Origin: Sandaracinaceae bacterium
Lineage (GTDB): Bacteria > Myxococcota_A > Polyangia > Polyangiales > Sandaracinaceae
Assembly: GCA_044220955.1 (NCBI GenBank)
Contig: JBGAQA010000051.1
Coordinates: 1 to 46,392, forward strand
Direction: 5' to 3'
Length of the DNA stretch: 46,392 bases
How positions within the stretch are numbered: position 1 is the stretch's first letter; each line of letters starts with the position of its first letter. The position numbers were made by a program, and so were the translations under genes. The notes beneath the pieces are model-generated. The model ran no database searches and had not been told where the DNA came from. It worked only from the letters and a program-made list of their open reading frames with translations. Positions 25,972-36,799 of this stretch are shown piece after piece.

Positions 25972-26994
25972 TCAGTTGGGCGCGCTCGCCGGGTGCGACG
26001 CCAGCTCGGGGAAGACGTGCAGGAGCTCGTCGGTGAGCGCGCGAACGAGCTCGCCCTCGGCCTCGTCCGCGCTCGAGCCCACGACGCGCTCGACGTTGCG
26101 CTGGTAGATGAAGGCCCGCCCGGCGCGCGGCGGCTCGCCGTCCGGGGAGACGTCGTCGAGCAGCAGAGGGATGCGCGGATCGACGCCCTCCGCGACCACC
26201 TCGGCGCCCGGGACGTCGCACACGATGACGAGCGCACCCTCGAGCGTGTGGGCGAGCGGCTCGGGCAGCGCACGGATCGCAGCCTGAACGCGCGCTTCGA
26301 AGTCGCTCGTGGTGATCTCGCGATCCGGACTGCGTCCCGCGCGTAGCTCCGCGTCGCGCGCGCGCAGGAAGGCGATGGCCATCGCGCGCGCGTCGCCGCG
26401 GTGCTCGGCCACCAGGCCTGCGTAGTACTGCGCGTCTGCGTTCGCCGGCTCGATCTCGGCCACCTTGGCGATCATCGGCTCGGCCGTGTCCACGTCGCCG
26501 ATCTCGAAGTGCGCGCGTCCGACCGCGAAGGTGAGGGCGGTCCCCTCGAAGGGGCCTCGGGGCAGGCGCGCCACGACCCGCGCGGCGGCGTCGCGGTCGC
26601 CCTTGCCGAGCTGCGCGTCGAACTGCAACAGGAGGGCGTCGGCGAGCTCCTCGTCGTCGACGATCCACTCGAGGGCCTCGTCGACCATCGCGATGGCCTC
26701 GTCCCACGCGTGCAGCGGGTGCAGGTACACCTCGGCTGCGTTCAGCATCGCCTCGACGAAGCTCTCGTCGAGCTCGATCGCCCGCTTGTAGTGCTCGATG
26801 GCCTCGTCGGGCCGGCCGTCGAGCGCGCTGACGTAGCCGAGGAGGTTGTGGACCTCGGGCGCCTCGGCGTCGATCTCCAGCGACTTCTCGGCGGACCGCC
26901 GCGCCCCGGCGAGATCGCCCTTCCCGACGAGATCCCACGCGCGGTCGACGTGTGCGCTGAGCTGGTCCATGGGCCCCTTGTCGTCCTTGCTCAT
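25972..26994 (-). CDS. TPR repeat protein with C-terminal Zincin_1-like domain (HExxH altered to DELLH)
   Basis: Several TPR helix pairs, then 'FEARVQAAIRALPE...IYQRNVER...ELVRALTDELLHVF'. Confidence 0.75.
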   Translation of the reverse strand: MSKDDKGPMDQLSAHVDRAWDLVGKGDLAGARRSAEKSLEIDAEAPEVHNLLGYVSALDGRPDEAIEHYKRAIELDESFVEAMLNAAEVYLHPLHAWDEAIAMVDEALEWIVDDEELADALLLQFDAQLGKGDRDAAARVVARLPRGPFEGTALTFAVGRAHFEIGDVDTAEPMIAKVAEIEPANADAQYYAGLVAEHRGDARAMAIAFLRARDAELRAGRSPDREITTSDFEARVQAAIRALPEPLAHTLEGALVIVCDVPGAEVVAEGVDPRIPLLLDDVSPDGEPPRAGRAFIYQRNVERVVGSSADEAEGELVRALTDELLHVFPELASHPASAPN

Positions 26995-27064
26995 GATCGC
27001 CGTGGAGGGGGACCTTCATGGGCGCGTCGCCGCGGCCCGTCAAGACGGACTACGATGGCGCGCG

Positions 27065-27871
27065 ATGCGGAGCGCGTGGATGGCGTCGTGCGCATGGCTC
27101 CTCTCTGCGTGCTGGGGGATCGGGCCGTTCCCCGATCGACCGGCCTCGCTGGGCTCGACGTCGTGCGGCGTGGTCTGCCGGGGCGCCGAGCTGCCCGACC
27201 GCGGCGAGGCGTTCATGCGGGGCCGCCCGGGCGAGTCGTCGGGCGTGGGCGTTCCGCGGCTGGTGGACGCGCTCGACCGAGCCGCGAGCGCGGTCGCTGC
27301 AGCACATCCCGGGAGCGAGGAGCTCCGCGTCGGGGACATCGGCGCGCCTCTCGGGGGACGGCACGAGCGCCATGCGAGCCACCGCGCCGGCCGCGACGTG
27401 GACATCCTCTTCTACGTCGAAGACGCCAGCGGCCGGCCGCTTCGCTCGGCCGGGTTCGTCGCCTTCTCGCGCTTCGGCTTCGCGTTCGCGCCCGAAGGGG
27501 AGCTCTACTTCTTCGACGACGCGCGCAACTGGGAGCTCGTGCGCACGCTCCTGCTCGACCCGACCCTCGAGGTGCAGTGGATCTTCTGCAGCCGCGGCGT
27601 CGAAGCGCGCCTGCTCGCGTATGCGCTCGATCACGAGCCGGACGCGGACGTTCTCTTCCGCGCGCCCTACGTCCTGCAGCAGCCCGAGAACGCCCGGCCC
27701 CACGACGACCACTTCCACGTTCGGGTCTACTGCAGTGCGGACGAGCGAGCCGACGGATGTCGCGACGTCGGGCCGCGCTGGCCCTGGCTCCGGCCGGACG
27801 TCGAGGGGATCGCGGGTGAGGCCCCCGCGTCCGACGATGCGGCCCTGCTCGAGATCCTGCGGCGGCCCTGA
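27065..27871 (+). CDS. mepA: Penicillin-insensitive murein endopeptidase (lipoprotein)
   Basis: LSAC lipobox, VGDIG...GG, HASHRAGRDVD, HDDHFHVR. Confidence 0.85.
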   Translation: MRSAWMASCAWLLSACWGIGPFPDRPASLGSTSCGVVCRGAELPDRGEAFMRGRPGESSGVGVPRLVDALDRAASAVAAAHPGSEELRVGDIGAPLGGRHERHASHRAGRDVDILFYVEDASGRPLRSAGFVAFSRFGFAFAPEGELYFFDDARNWELVRTLLLDPTLEVQWIFCSRGVEARLLAYALDHEPDADVLFRAPYVLQQPENARPHDDHFHVRVYCSADERADGCRDVGPRWPWLRPDVEGIAGEAPASDDAALLEILRRP

Positions 27872-27895
27872 GGTCCCTGCTGGACGGGTCCGGCC

Positions 27896-28693
27896 TCAGT
27901 CGAACAGAGCCACGCAGCGCTGGGCGATCACGTCGGTGCCCTCCTGCGACGAGATGCGCGCGAGGGTGAGCGTCGTGCCCGCGAAGTTGCGCGCGGTGCG
28001 CTCGTGCTCGGGGCTCGCGTCGAGCAGCGCGAGCCAGCTTCCGTCGGGGAGCTCGCTCGCGAACGTGGCGACGGACTCGAGGTGGAAGGGTGGGCTCGCG
28101 CAGTCGAAGAGCACGACCGGTCGATCGGCGCGGTGATCCTCGATCGCCTCGCCCATCTCGAGCAGGTCGACGACGGGGCGGATGAGCGCCTTGCCGACGA
28201 GCCGGAGGGCGAGCGCCCGCGCCCGAGCGCTGTCTTGCATGACCGCGATGATCACCGGCAGGCTCTCGCCCGAGCGGATCGTCTTGCCCGGGCCGACGAC
28301 GACGACGACTCCCGACGGGTCGTCGTCGTCCGGCGTCGGCGAGGGCTGGCGAGCCGGAGCGGGGCGCGCGGTCGCCGCGGGTCGCGCCGTGACACGGGGG
28401 GACCTGCCGGGAAGCGGCGCAGCGCGTCGTGCGAGCATGGCCAGCAGGGGCCAGAGCTCGCTCAGGACACCCTCCGCGACGTCGTCCCCCAGGCGCTCGC
28501 AGATCGTCTTGCGGAACGCGCCGCGGACGAACGCGTCGAGGGTCGCGCCGTCGTCGGGGACGGCGACGAGCCCGGCGCGCGAGAGCGCGGTTCCGAGGAT
28601 GCCGTCCCGGACCGGGGGGGCGGCCACCGCGCCCAAGGCTTCCTCGAGCGCCCGCGCTGCGTTGCCTCGTGGGCGTCTCGAAGCTGCACTCAC
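27896..28693 (-). CDS. Hypothetical protein with helical N-terminal domain and atypical receiver-like C-terminal domain
   Basis: Alternating beta/alpha pattern with 'PVVLFDCASP'. Start uncertain. Confidence 0.55.
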   Translation of the reverse strand: MSAASRRPRGNAARALEEALGAVAAPPVRDGILGTALSRAGLVAVPDDGATLDAFVRGAFRKTICERLGDDVAEGVLSELWPLLAMLARRAAPLPGRSPRVTARPAATARPAPARQPSPTPDDDDPSGVVVVVGPGKTIRSGESLPVIIAVMQDSARARALALRLVGKALIRPVVDLLEMGEAIEDHRADRPVVLFDCASPPFHLESVATFASELPDGSWLALLDASPEHERTARNFAGTTLTLARISSQEGTDVIAQRCVALFD

Positions 28694-28773
28694 GACAGAA
28701 TGATCCCGGCACACAGTCTAGCGGTGGCGCGACGTCCAGGTCAAAGCCCCTCCCGCCGGGTAGAGTGCGCGCG

Positions 28774-29691
28774 TTGCGGGTCATCGGCATCGACGAGAAC
28801 GGGCTCGGCCCGCGGCTTGGCGCCCTGGTGGCGACGGCGGTCGCGATCGAGGTCGACGCGTACGACGCCCGCGCGCTCGCGCGCCGTGGCCGGCGTGCGG
28901 GCATCGGTGACAGCAAGGCGACCGCGGGCTTCGGGAAGATGGCCCTGGCGGAGAGCGTCTCGCTGGCCCTGGCCGAGGACGCTCTGGGCCGCGCGCCGGG
29001 GTCGGTCGACGAGCTGCTGGAGGCGATCGCGGTCGACGGCTCGCTGCCGCTCCGCGCGCGCTGCCCGGCTGGCGCGGCGCCTCAGTGCTGGTCGGAGCCG
29101 ATCGCGCTGCCGGTCTTCGGAGGGCAGCGCGACGTAGGGCGGCGCGCGCTCGCCAAGCTCGCGCGGGCCGGCGTTCGGGTGACCCGCGCGCGCTCCGCGG
29201 TCGCGTGCGCGCGCGCCTTCAACGAGGCCGTGGAGCGATGGGGCAGCAAGCTCCGTGTCGACCTCGCGCTCTTCGAGCAGCTGATGCGCGACGCGCGCGG
29301 CGCGCTCGGGGCCGATCTCGACGTGATCTGCGGCATGGTGGGCGGCGTTCGGCGCTACGGCGAGCACTTCACGTCGATCGCCGCCGAGCGCATCGTCGTC
29401 CTCGAGGAGACGCGGGCTGCGTGCCGGTATCAGATCGCAGATCTGGGTCACGTGCGCTTCGAGGTCGACTCCGACGCAGCGCACCTGCCCGTGGCGCTGG
29501 CGTCGATGCTCGGCAAGTACGTCCGGGAGCTCGGGATGCGGCGCCAGAACGCGTTCTACCGTCGGCACGCGCCCGAGCTGCCCGAGGTGAGCGGGTATCA
29601 CGACCCCGTCACCGCGCGCTTCGTGGGCGCGACGCGGCTGCTGCGCGGGCGGCTCGGCATCGATCCGCGCTGCTTCGAGCGCGAGTCGTGA
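28774..29691 (+). CDS. Divergent RNase HII-fold protein
   Basis: IGIDENGLGP..G, IGDSK, HLPVALASMLGKYVRE, SGYHDPVT. Alternative start GTG 28765. Confidence 0.75.
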   Translation: MRVIGIDENGLGPRLGALVATAVAIEVDAYDARALARRGRRAGIGDSKATAGFGKMALAESVSLALAEDALGRAPGSVDELLEAIAVDGSLPLRARCPAGAAPQCWSEPIALPVFGGQRDVGRRALAKLARAGVRVTRARSAVACARAFNEAVERWGSKLRVDLALFEQLMRDARGALGADLDVICGMVGGVRRYGEHFTSIAAERIVVLEETRAACRYQIADLGHVRFEVDSDAAHLPVALASMLGKYVRELGMRRQNAFYRRHAPELPEVSGYHDPVTARFVGATRLLRGRLGIDPRCFERES

Positions 29692-29719
29692 CGCGGCCGC
29701 GGCCGCTTGCGCGCGCGAG

Positions 29720-29734
29720 CGAGAATCATTATCA
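29720..29734. promoter_or_regulatory. Fur box upstream of feoAB
   Basis: CGAGAAT-C-ATTATCA matches the 7-1-7 consensus TGATAAT-N-ATTATCA at 12/14 and ends 4 nt before the feoA ATG. AT-rich island in GC-rich DNA. Confidence 0.8.
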
Positions 29735-29738
29735 CTCC

Positions 29739-29972
29739 ATGGTGAAGACGCTGGCAGAGCTCGGGATCAAGCAGCGCGCGCGGATCACCCGCGTGGCGGG
29801 CGAGACGACGCTCCGCCGGCGGCTGCTGGAGATGGGCGCGCTGCCCGGCACCGCGATCGAGGTGGTCCGCGTCGCGCCGCTGGGCGACCCGATCGAGGTT
29901 CGGCTGCGCGGGTACGCGCTCTCGCTGCGCAGGAGCGATGCGATGGCCATCGCGGTGGAGCCCGACCTTTGA
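29739..29972 (+). CDS. feoA: Ferrous iron transport protein A
   Basis: RRRLLEMGALPG...VRVAPLGDPIEVRLRGYALSLR. Confidence 0.95.
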   Translation: MVKTLAELGIKQRARITRVAGETTLRRRLLEMGALPGTAIEVVRVAPLGDPIEVRLRGYALSLRRSDAMAIAVEPDL

Positions 29973-32107
29973 CGCGATCGGTGCTGCTCGCGGGCAACCC
30001 CAACTGCGGCAAGACGACGCTGTTCAACGCGCTGACGGGCGCGCGGGCGCGAACGGGGAACTATCCCGGCGTCACGGTCGAGCGGCGCGCGGCGTCGGTC
30101 GTGCTCCCTGGCGGCGAGACGATCGAGCTGGTGGATCTGCCGGGGACGTACTCGCTCACGGCCCGCTCGGCCGAGGAGCGCGTCGCGGTCGACGCCATCC
30201 TGCCGCCCTCGGGGCCGGCGCCCGCGGCGGTGGTGATCGTGGCCGACGCGACCACGCTCGCCCGTGGGCTCTACCTGGCGCTCTCGGTCCTCGAGACGAC
30301 GGTGCCGGTGGTGCTCGCGCTCAACATGATGGACGAGGCGCGGGCGAGCGGGCTGGCGGTCGACGTCGCCGCCCTCGGCCGCGAGCTCGGCGTCCCGGTC
30401 GTGGCCGTCGTCGCGCGGACCCACGAGGGCCGAGGTGCGCTCCTCGATGCGCTGGCCACCGCGATCGGCGCGCCCGCCGCGCGGGAGCCCACCCGCCTCG
30501 CGCTCACGGCGGACGCGGAGGGGGCGCTCGAGGGGGTCGTCGCCGCGCTCCGCTCGATCGGTCCGAGCGCGAGCGAGGCTGCGCTCCGGGCGCGCGCGGC
30601 CTGGGCGCTGCTCTCCCTCGGCGAGGACGAGCTCGACGGGATCCCGGGGGCGCTGCGGGAGGCCGTCGCGGGCGCGTACCGCGCGGTGCCGGCGATCGAC
30701 GAGGTGCTGATCGCCGCGCGCTATGCCCGCATCGACGCCTTGGTCGAGCGCACCGTGCGACCCGCGGCGCGAACCGGCCCGACCGCCACCGACCGGATCG
30801 ACGCGTGGCTGACGCATCCGCTCTGGGGCGCGGTGGCGTTCACGATCGTGATGGGCGTGCTCTTCCAGGCGCTCTTCACCTGGTCCGAGCCGTTCGTCAC
30901 GGGGATCGAGGCGCTCGTCACCCTGGCCCAGGATCTCTCTCGCGCCCTGGTCCCCGCGGGCCCACTCGCCGACCTCGTCAGCGACGGTGTCATCGCGGGC
31001 GTCGGGAACGTCGTCGTCTTCGTCCCGCAGATCGCGATGCTCTCGCTCTTCCTGGCTCTGCTCGAGGACTCGGGCTACCTCGCCCGCGTCGCGTTCGTGA
31101 TCGATCGGCTCATGCGCGGCGTGGGCCTGCACGGTCGCGCGTTCGTCCCGCTCCTGAGCGGCTTCGCGTGCGCCGTCCCCGCCGTGATGGCGACGCGCAC
31201 GATCGAGAGCCGTCGCGACCGGCTGGTCACGATGCTGGCGCTACCGCTCATGTCCTGCAGCGCCCGGCTGCCCGTGTATGCGCTCGTGACGGCGGTCGCC
31301 TTCCCGCGGGGCGAGCGCGTGCTCGGCGTGCTCTCGATCGGGGCCGTGGCCCTCTTCGTGATGTACGCGCTCTCGGTCGTGGCCACGCTCGGTGCGGCCG
31401 CGGTGCTTCGCCGCACCGTCCTGAAGGGCCCGACGCCGGCGCTCATCCTGGAGCTGCCGCCCTACCGCTGGCCCGTCGCGCGCAACGTGGCGCTCGCGGT
31501 GTGGCAGCGCACCGCGGCCTTCCTCAAGAACGCCGGCACGATCATCCTGGCGATCAGCATCGTGCTCTGGGGCCTGCTGGCCTTCCCGCGCAGCGCGGAG
31601 CTCGACGCGCGATACGACGCGGAGGCCGCGGCGGCGACGGAGCCGGCGGCGCGCGCCGAGATCGAGCACCGCCGGACCGAAGCCCAGCTCGGCGTCAGCG
31701 TCGCGGGCCGGCTCGGCCGGGCGCTCGAGCCTGCGCTCGCGCCGCTCGGCTTCGACTGGAAGATCGGCGTGGGGCTGGTCGCCTCGTTCGCCGCGCGCGA
31801 GGTGCTGGTGAGCACGCTCGGCCAGGTCTACGGCGCCGGCACGACCGACGAGGCGTCGGCGTCGCTGCACGAGCGCCTCCGCGCAGCGCGGCGGCCCGAC
31901 GGGACGCTCGTGTTCACGCCGCTCACGGGCGTGGCGCTGATGGTCTTCTTCGTGCTCGCGGCCCAGTGCATGAGCACGCTCGCGGTCGTCCGCCGGGAGG
32001 CCGGCGGCTGGCGCTGGGCCCTCTTCATGCTCGTGTACATGAACGTGCTCGCGTACGTCGTGACCTTGCTGGTCTATCAAGGTGGTCGCGCCCTCGGCTT
32101 CGCGTGA
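29969..32107 (+). CDS. feoB: Ferrous iron transport protein B
   Basis: G1 GNPNCGKT, G2 NYPGVT, G3 DLPG, G4 NMMD, EDSGYLAR, ELPPY. TTGA overlap with feoA. Confidence 0.96.
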   Translation: MTRSVLLAGNPNCGKTTLFNALTGARARTGNYPGVTVERRAASVVLPGGETIELVDLPGTYSLTARSAEERVAVDAILPPSGPAPAAVVIVADATTLARGLYLALSVLETTVPVVLALNMMDEARASGLAVDVAALGRELGVPVVAVVARTHEGRGALLDALATAIGAPAAREPTRLALTADAEGALEGVVAALRSIGPSASEAALRARAAWALLSLGEDELDGIPGALREAVAGAYRAVPAIDEVLIAARYARIDALVERTVRPAARTGPTATDRIDAWLTHPLWGAVAFTIVMGVLFQALFTWSEPFVTGIEALVTLAQDLSRALVPAGPLADLVSDGVIAGVGNVVVFVPQIAMLSLFLALLEDSGYLARVAFVIDRLMRGVGLHGRAFVPLLSGFACAVPAVMATRTIESRRDRLVTMLALPLMSCSARLPVYALVTAVAFPRGERVLGVLSIGAVALFVMYALSVVATLGAAAVLRRTVLKGPTPALILELPPYRWPVARNVALAVWQRTAAFLKNAGTIILAISIVLWGLLAFPRSAELDARYDAEAAAATEPAARAEIEHRRTEAQLGVSVAGRLGRALEPALAPLGFDWKIGVGLVASFAAREVLVSTLGQVYGAGTTDEASASLHERLRAARRPDGTLVFTPLTGVALMVFFVLAAQCMSTLAVVRREAGGWRWALFMLVYMNVLAYVVTLLVYQGGRALGFA

Positions 32108-32156
32108 CGACACATTGGCGTCGAGCCGGAGGCGCGCATCCGGCATCATCTGCGGA

Positions 32157-33149
32157 ATGAAGAAGGCGCTCGTCACGGGGGGCTGTGGCTTCCTCGGCCG
32201 GTGGATCACCAAGCAGCTCCTCGACGACGGCGTGGCCGTTCGGGTCCTCGCGGCGAAGGGCGAGACCCGCGACAACGTCGCCGGCCTCGACGTGGAGATC
32301 CTCGAGGGCGACGTCCGGAGCGTCGAGGACGTGACGCGTGCCGTCGCCGGCGTGGACACCGTCTTCCACGTCGCCGCGATCTACCTCGACTGGGCCCCCG
32401 ATCCCTCGCGCATGTACGACGTGAACCTGCGCGGCACTTTCCACGTGCTCGAGGCCGCGCGCCGCGCGGGCGTCGAGCGCCTCGTGTACACGGCGAGCAT
32501 CGTCTCGCTCGGCCGTCCGCGCGGCGGCGGGCTGGCGGACGAGACGACGCCCTACGAGTGCTGGGATCTCGACTTCCCCTACAGCCGCAGCAAGCTCCAC
32601 AGCCGCGAGCTGGCCGAGTACTTCGCGGCGTGGGACCTCGACGTGCGCGTCGTCTGCCCCGGGATCGTCCTCGGTCCGAACGACATCCGGCCCACGCCGA
32701 GCGGCGCGATCGTCCTCGGCTCGATGAAGACGCCCGGGCCCTCGGTGATCTTCGACGGAGGCGCGAGCTACGTGGACGTGCGCGACGCCGCGCGCGTGCA
32801 CCTGCTCGCGGCGACGAAGGGCAAGAGGGGCGAGCGCTACGTCGCGTCGGCCCACAACCTGACGAACGCGGAGCTCGTGGCGGCGATCGACCGCGTCACC
32901 GGGCGCAAGCGCCGCACGGTCAAGATCCCGGTCGGCGTCGCGCGCGCGCTCGCGCGAGGGATGGAGGCGCAGGCGGCGCGCACCGGCAAGCCGCCGCTGC
33001 TCTCGCGCGACTTCTTCGAGTTCAGCCTGGTGCCCTCGTTCTACGACAACGCCAAGTCGCGGCGCGAGCTCGGCGCGACGTACCGCCCGCTGGACGAGTC
33101 CATCCGCGACGCCGTCGCGTGGTTCCGCGAGCGCAAGATGGTCCGCTGA
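32157..33149 (+). CDS. NAD-dependent epimerase/dehydratase (HpnA/dihydroflavonol reductase-like SDR)
   Basis: TGGCGFLG, FHVAA, YSRSK, PTPSG, VDVRDAA. Confidence 0.88.
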   Translation: MKKALVTGGCGFLGRWITKQLLDDGVAVRVLAAKGETRDNVAGLDVEILEGDVRSVEDVTRAVAGVDTVFHVAAIYLDWAPDPSRMYDVNLRGTFHVLEAARRAGVERLVYTASIVSLGRPRGGGLADETTPYECWDLDFPYSRSKLHSRELAEYFAAWDLDVRVVCPGIVLGPNDIRPTPSGAIVLGSMKTPGPSVIFDGGASYVDVRDAARVHLLAATKGKRGERYVASAHNLTNAELVAAIDRVTGRKRRTVKIPVGVARALARGMEAQAARTGKPPLLSRDFFEFSLVPSFYDNAKSRRELGATYRPLDESIRDAVAWFRERKMVR

Positions 33150-33237
33150 CGCGCGGGGTGCCCCCCCGGACGACGCTCCGTTGGCCGGCCCCTCGTATCG
33201 CTGCGCGCGAAGATTCGTCCGATCTCGGGACCGCTCT

Positions 33238-34530
33238 TCAGCCCAGGACGCGATCGAGAAACGCATTCCGCATCGTCCCTTCGGGATCGAGCTCGCGCGT
33301 GAGCTGCCGGAAGGCGCGCGCCTCGGGGAACACGCGGGCGACGTACGCCGCGTCGACGTCCATCTCCTTGCCCCAGTGCGGGCGCGCGGCGTGGTGGTGG
33401 GCGATCTGCTCGAACGCGTGGAAGAAGCGCGCGCGTCCGGGGCCCTCGGTCATGTAGGCACCGATCTGCACCGTCGGTCGCCCGTACGCCGGGCTCATCC
33501 ACGCCGCGTCCTCGCGCACGAAGCGCACCTCGACCGGGAAGTTCACCGGGAGCTGCTCGGCCTCGACCAGCGTCGCCAGCGCCTCGATCGCGTGCGGCGC
33601 GTCGTCGAGACCGAACGCGTACTCCGTCTCGCGATGAATCGGGGGCATCGCCACGTTGAACGCGTAGTGGCTCTTCACCGGCACCGAGGGGCGCTCGAGG
33701 TAGCTCTTCGCGACGAAGCGGTTGAGGCGCCGCGTGATCTCGGGCCAGCGCATGGTCGCGGCGAGGGCGAGCGGGAAGACGTGTCGGTTCACGACGTGCT
33801 CGTCGAACGCGCGCGAGGCGCTCACGTCCACGGCACGCTCGGGCGTGCGGAGATAGCGGAAGACGTGCGCGCCGCGGGCGCCCGGGAGCCACCAGACCTT
33901 CACGAACTCCGCCGACGCGGCGATCTCGGGCAGGTGTCGCGCGGCCTCTCGGATCGGCACGACCTCCACCTCGCCGACCAAGGTGAAGGCGGGCGCCACG
34001 CGAAGCACGACCTCGACCACGACGCCGAGCGCCCCGAGCCCGACGCGCGCCGCCGCCATGCGCGGATCGCCCTTGCCGATGCGCAGCGTCTCGCCCCGCG
34101 GCGTCACGAGGACCAGCTCCTCGATCAGGCTCGAGAGGTTGCCGTGCACGAGGCTCGAGCCGTGGGTCCCGGTGCTCGTCGCGCCGGCGATGGACTGCGC
34201 GCTGATCGAGCCGAGGATCGGCATCGCCAGCCCGAGGCGGTCGAGCGCCGCCGTCAGCTCGAAGAGGTGGATGCCCGCCTGGACGCGGATCGTGCGCGCC
34301 CCCGCGTCGATCCCGAGGACCGCGCGCATGTTCTCGAGATCCAGCGCGACGTGATCCGGCTGGGCGATGGCGGACCAGGAGTGTCCCGCGCCCAGCGCGC
34401 GCACGCGCTGCCCGGCCCGGCGCGCGCGAGAGAGGACGTCGACGACCTCGGCGACGGAGCGCGGCGACTCCCACACGGTCGGCCGCGCCGCGTGCACCCT
34501 CGACCAGTTCGTCCACTCGCGCGGTGCCAT
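33238..34530 (-). CDS. FAD-linked sugar-lactone oxidase (ALO/GULO family)
   Basis: WTNWS, GAGHSWS, STGTHGS, GLGALG, PVEVRF, RPHWGK. Confidence 0.9.
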   Translation of the reverse strand: MAPREWTNWSRVHAARPTVWESPRSVAEVVDVLSRARRAGQRVRALGAGHSWSAIAQPDHVALDLENMRAVLGIDAGARTIRVQAGIHLFELTAALDRLGLAMPILGSISAQSIAGATSTGTHGSSLVHGNLSSLIEELVLVTPRGETLRIGKGDPRMAAARVGLGALGVVVEVVLRVAPAFTLVGEVEVVPIREAARHLPEIAASAEFVKVWWLPGARGAHVFRYLRTPERAVDVSASRAFDEHVVNRHVFPLALAATMRWPEITRRLNRFVAKSYLERPSVPVKSHYAFNVAMPPIHRETEYAFGLDDAPHAIEALATLVEAEQLPVNFPVEVRFVREDAAWMSPAYGRPTVQIGAYMTEGPGRARFFHAFEQIAHHHAARPHWGKEMDVDAAYVARVFPEARAFRQLTRELDPEGTMRNAFLDRVLG

Positions 34531-34539
34531 CCTCGCCTC

Positions 34540-35181
34540 CTACCGTGTCTCGCGCCGCGCACGCCGGCCCACGAGCGCTTGCTCGCCGATCCCCGCGCGC
34601 GGGGCGTCGAGCCGGCCGTCGAAGGCGAGCACGAAGCGCAGGTTCACGGCGTTGATCGTCACGTGCGCGAGGATCGCACCCTCGATGCGCCCCGTGCACA
34701 GGAAGATCTCGCCGAGCAGCACGCCCAGCGCGCTCGCCCAGACGGTCCAGCCGAGGAAGCGCCGCGAGGGGCCGAGGTGCAGGATCCCGAACGCCATCGA
34801 GCTCGCGAGCAGGCCCCAGAACGGCACGAGCGCCCCGCGGAAGAGCAGCTCCTCGCCCACACCGCTCGCCAGCGCGAGCCAGAGGGTGTCGCCCAACGTC
34901 GCGTCGGCGAGCAGCGCGCGCAGCTCGTCTCGGAAGGTCCGGCCCCAGGTGGAGCGCAGCACGAGCGCGCGCGTGCCCAGGATGGTCACGAGCGCCAGGA
35001 GCGCGCCCAGGCCCAGCGACGCCTCGAGGCTCGCGAGGGCCGGGACCGCGGCAGGAGCCCGGAAGAGGCTCGCCCCGCGCGCCCACGCGATCAACAGCGC
35101 GCACGCGCTCATGGCGCCGTACACGAGGAAGGCGAGGGCGCGGAAGCTCCGTCTCGGTCGCGGCTCCTGCTTGGTGATCAC
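34540..35181 (-). CDS. CPBP (Abi/CAAX) intramembrane glutamic endopeptidase
   Basis: EELLFRG, FGILH, AHVTINAVN. Confidence 0.88.
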   Translation of the reverse strand: MITKQEPRPRRSFRALAFLVYGAMSACALLIAWARGASLFRAPAAVPALASLEASLGLGALLALVTILGTRALVLRSTWGRTFRDELRALLADATLGDTLWLALASGVGEELLFRGALVPFWGLLASSMAFGILHLGPSRRFLGWTVWASALGVLLGEIFLCTGRIEGAILAHVTINAVNLRFVLAFDGRLDAPRAGIGEQALVGRRARRETR

Positions 35182-35239
35182 GTGGGTCTTCAACCGGCGG
35201 GCGTCCGTGGTAGAAACGGCTGCTTCCTCCGACCCTACG

Positions 35240-36766
<1,527 letters not shown>

Positions 36767-36799
36767 CCGCGCCGGTGGTCCTCGGTCGCGCGCGCCCGC

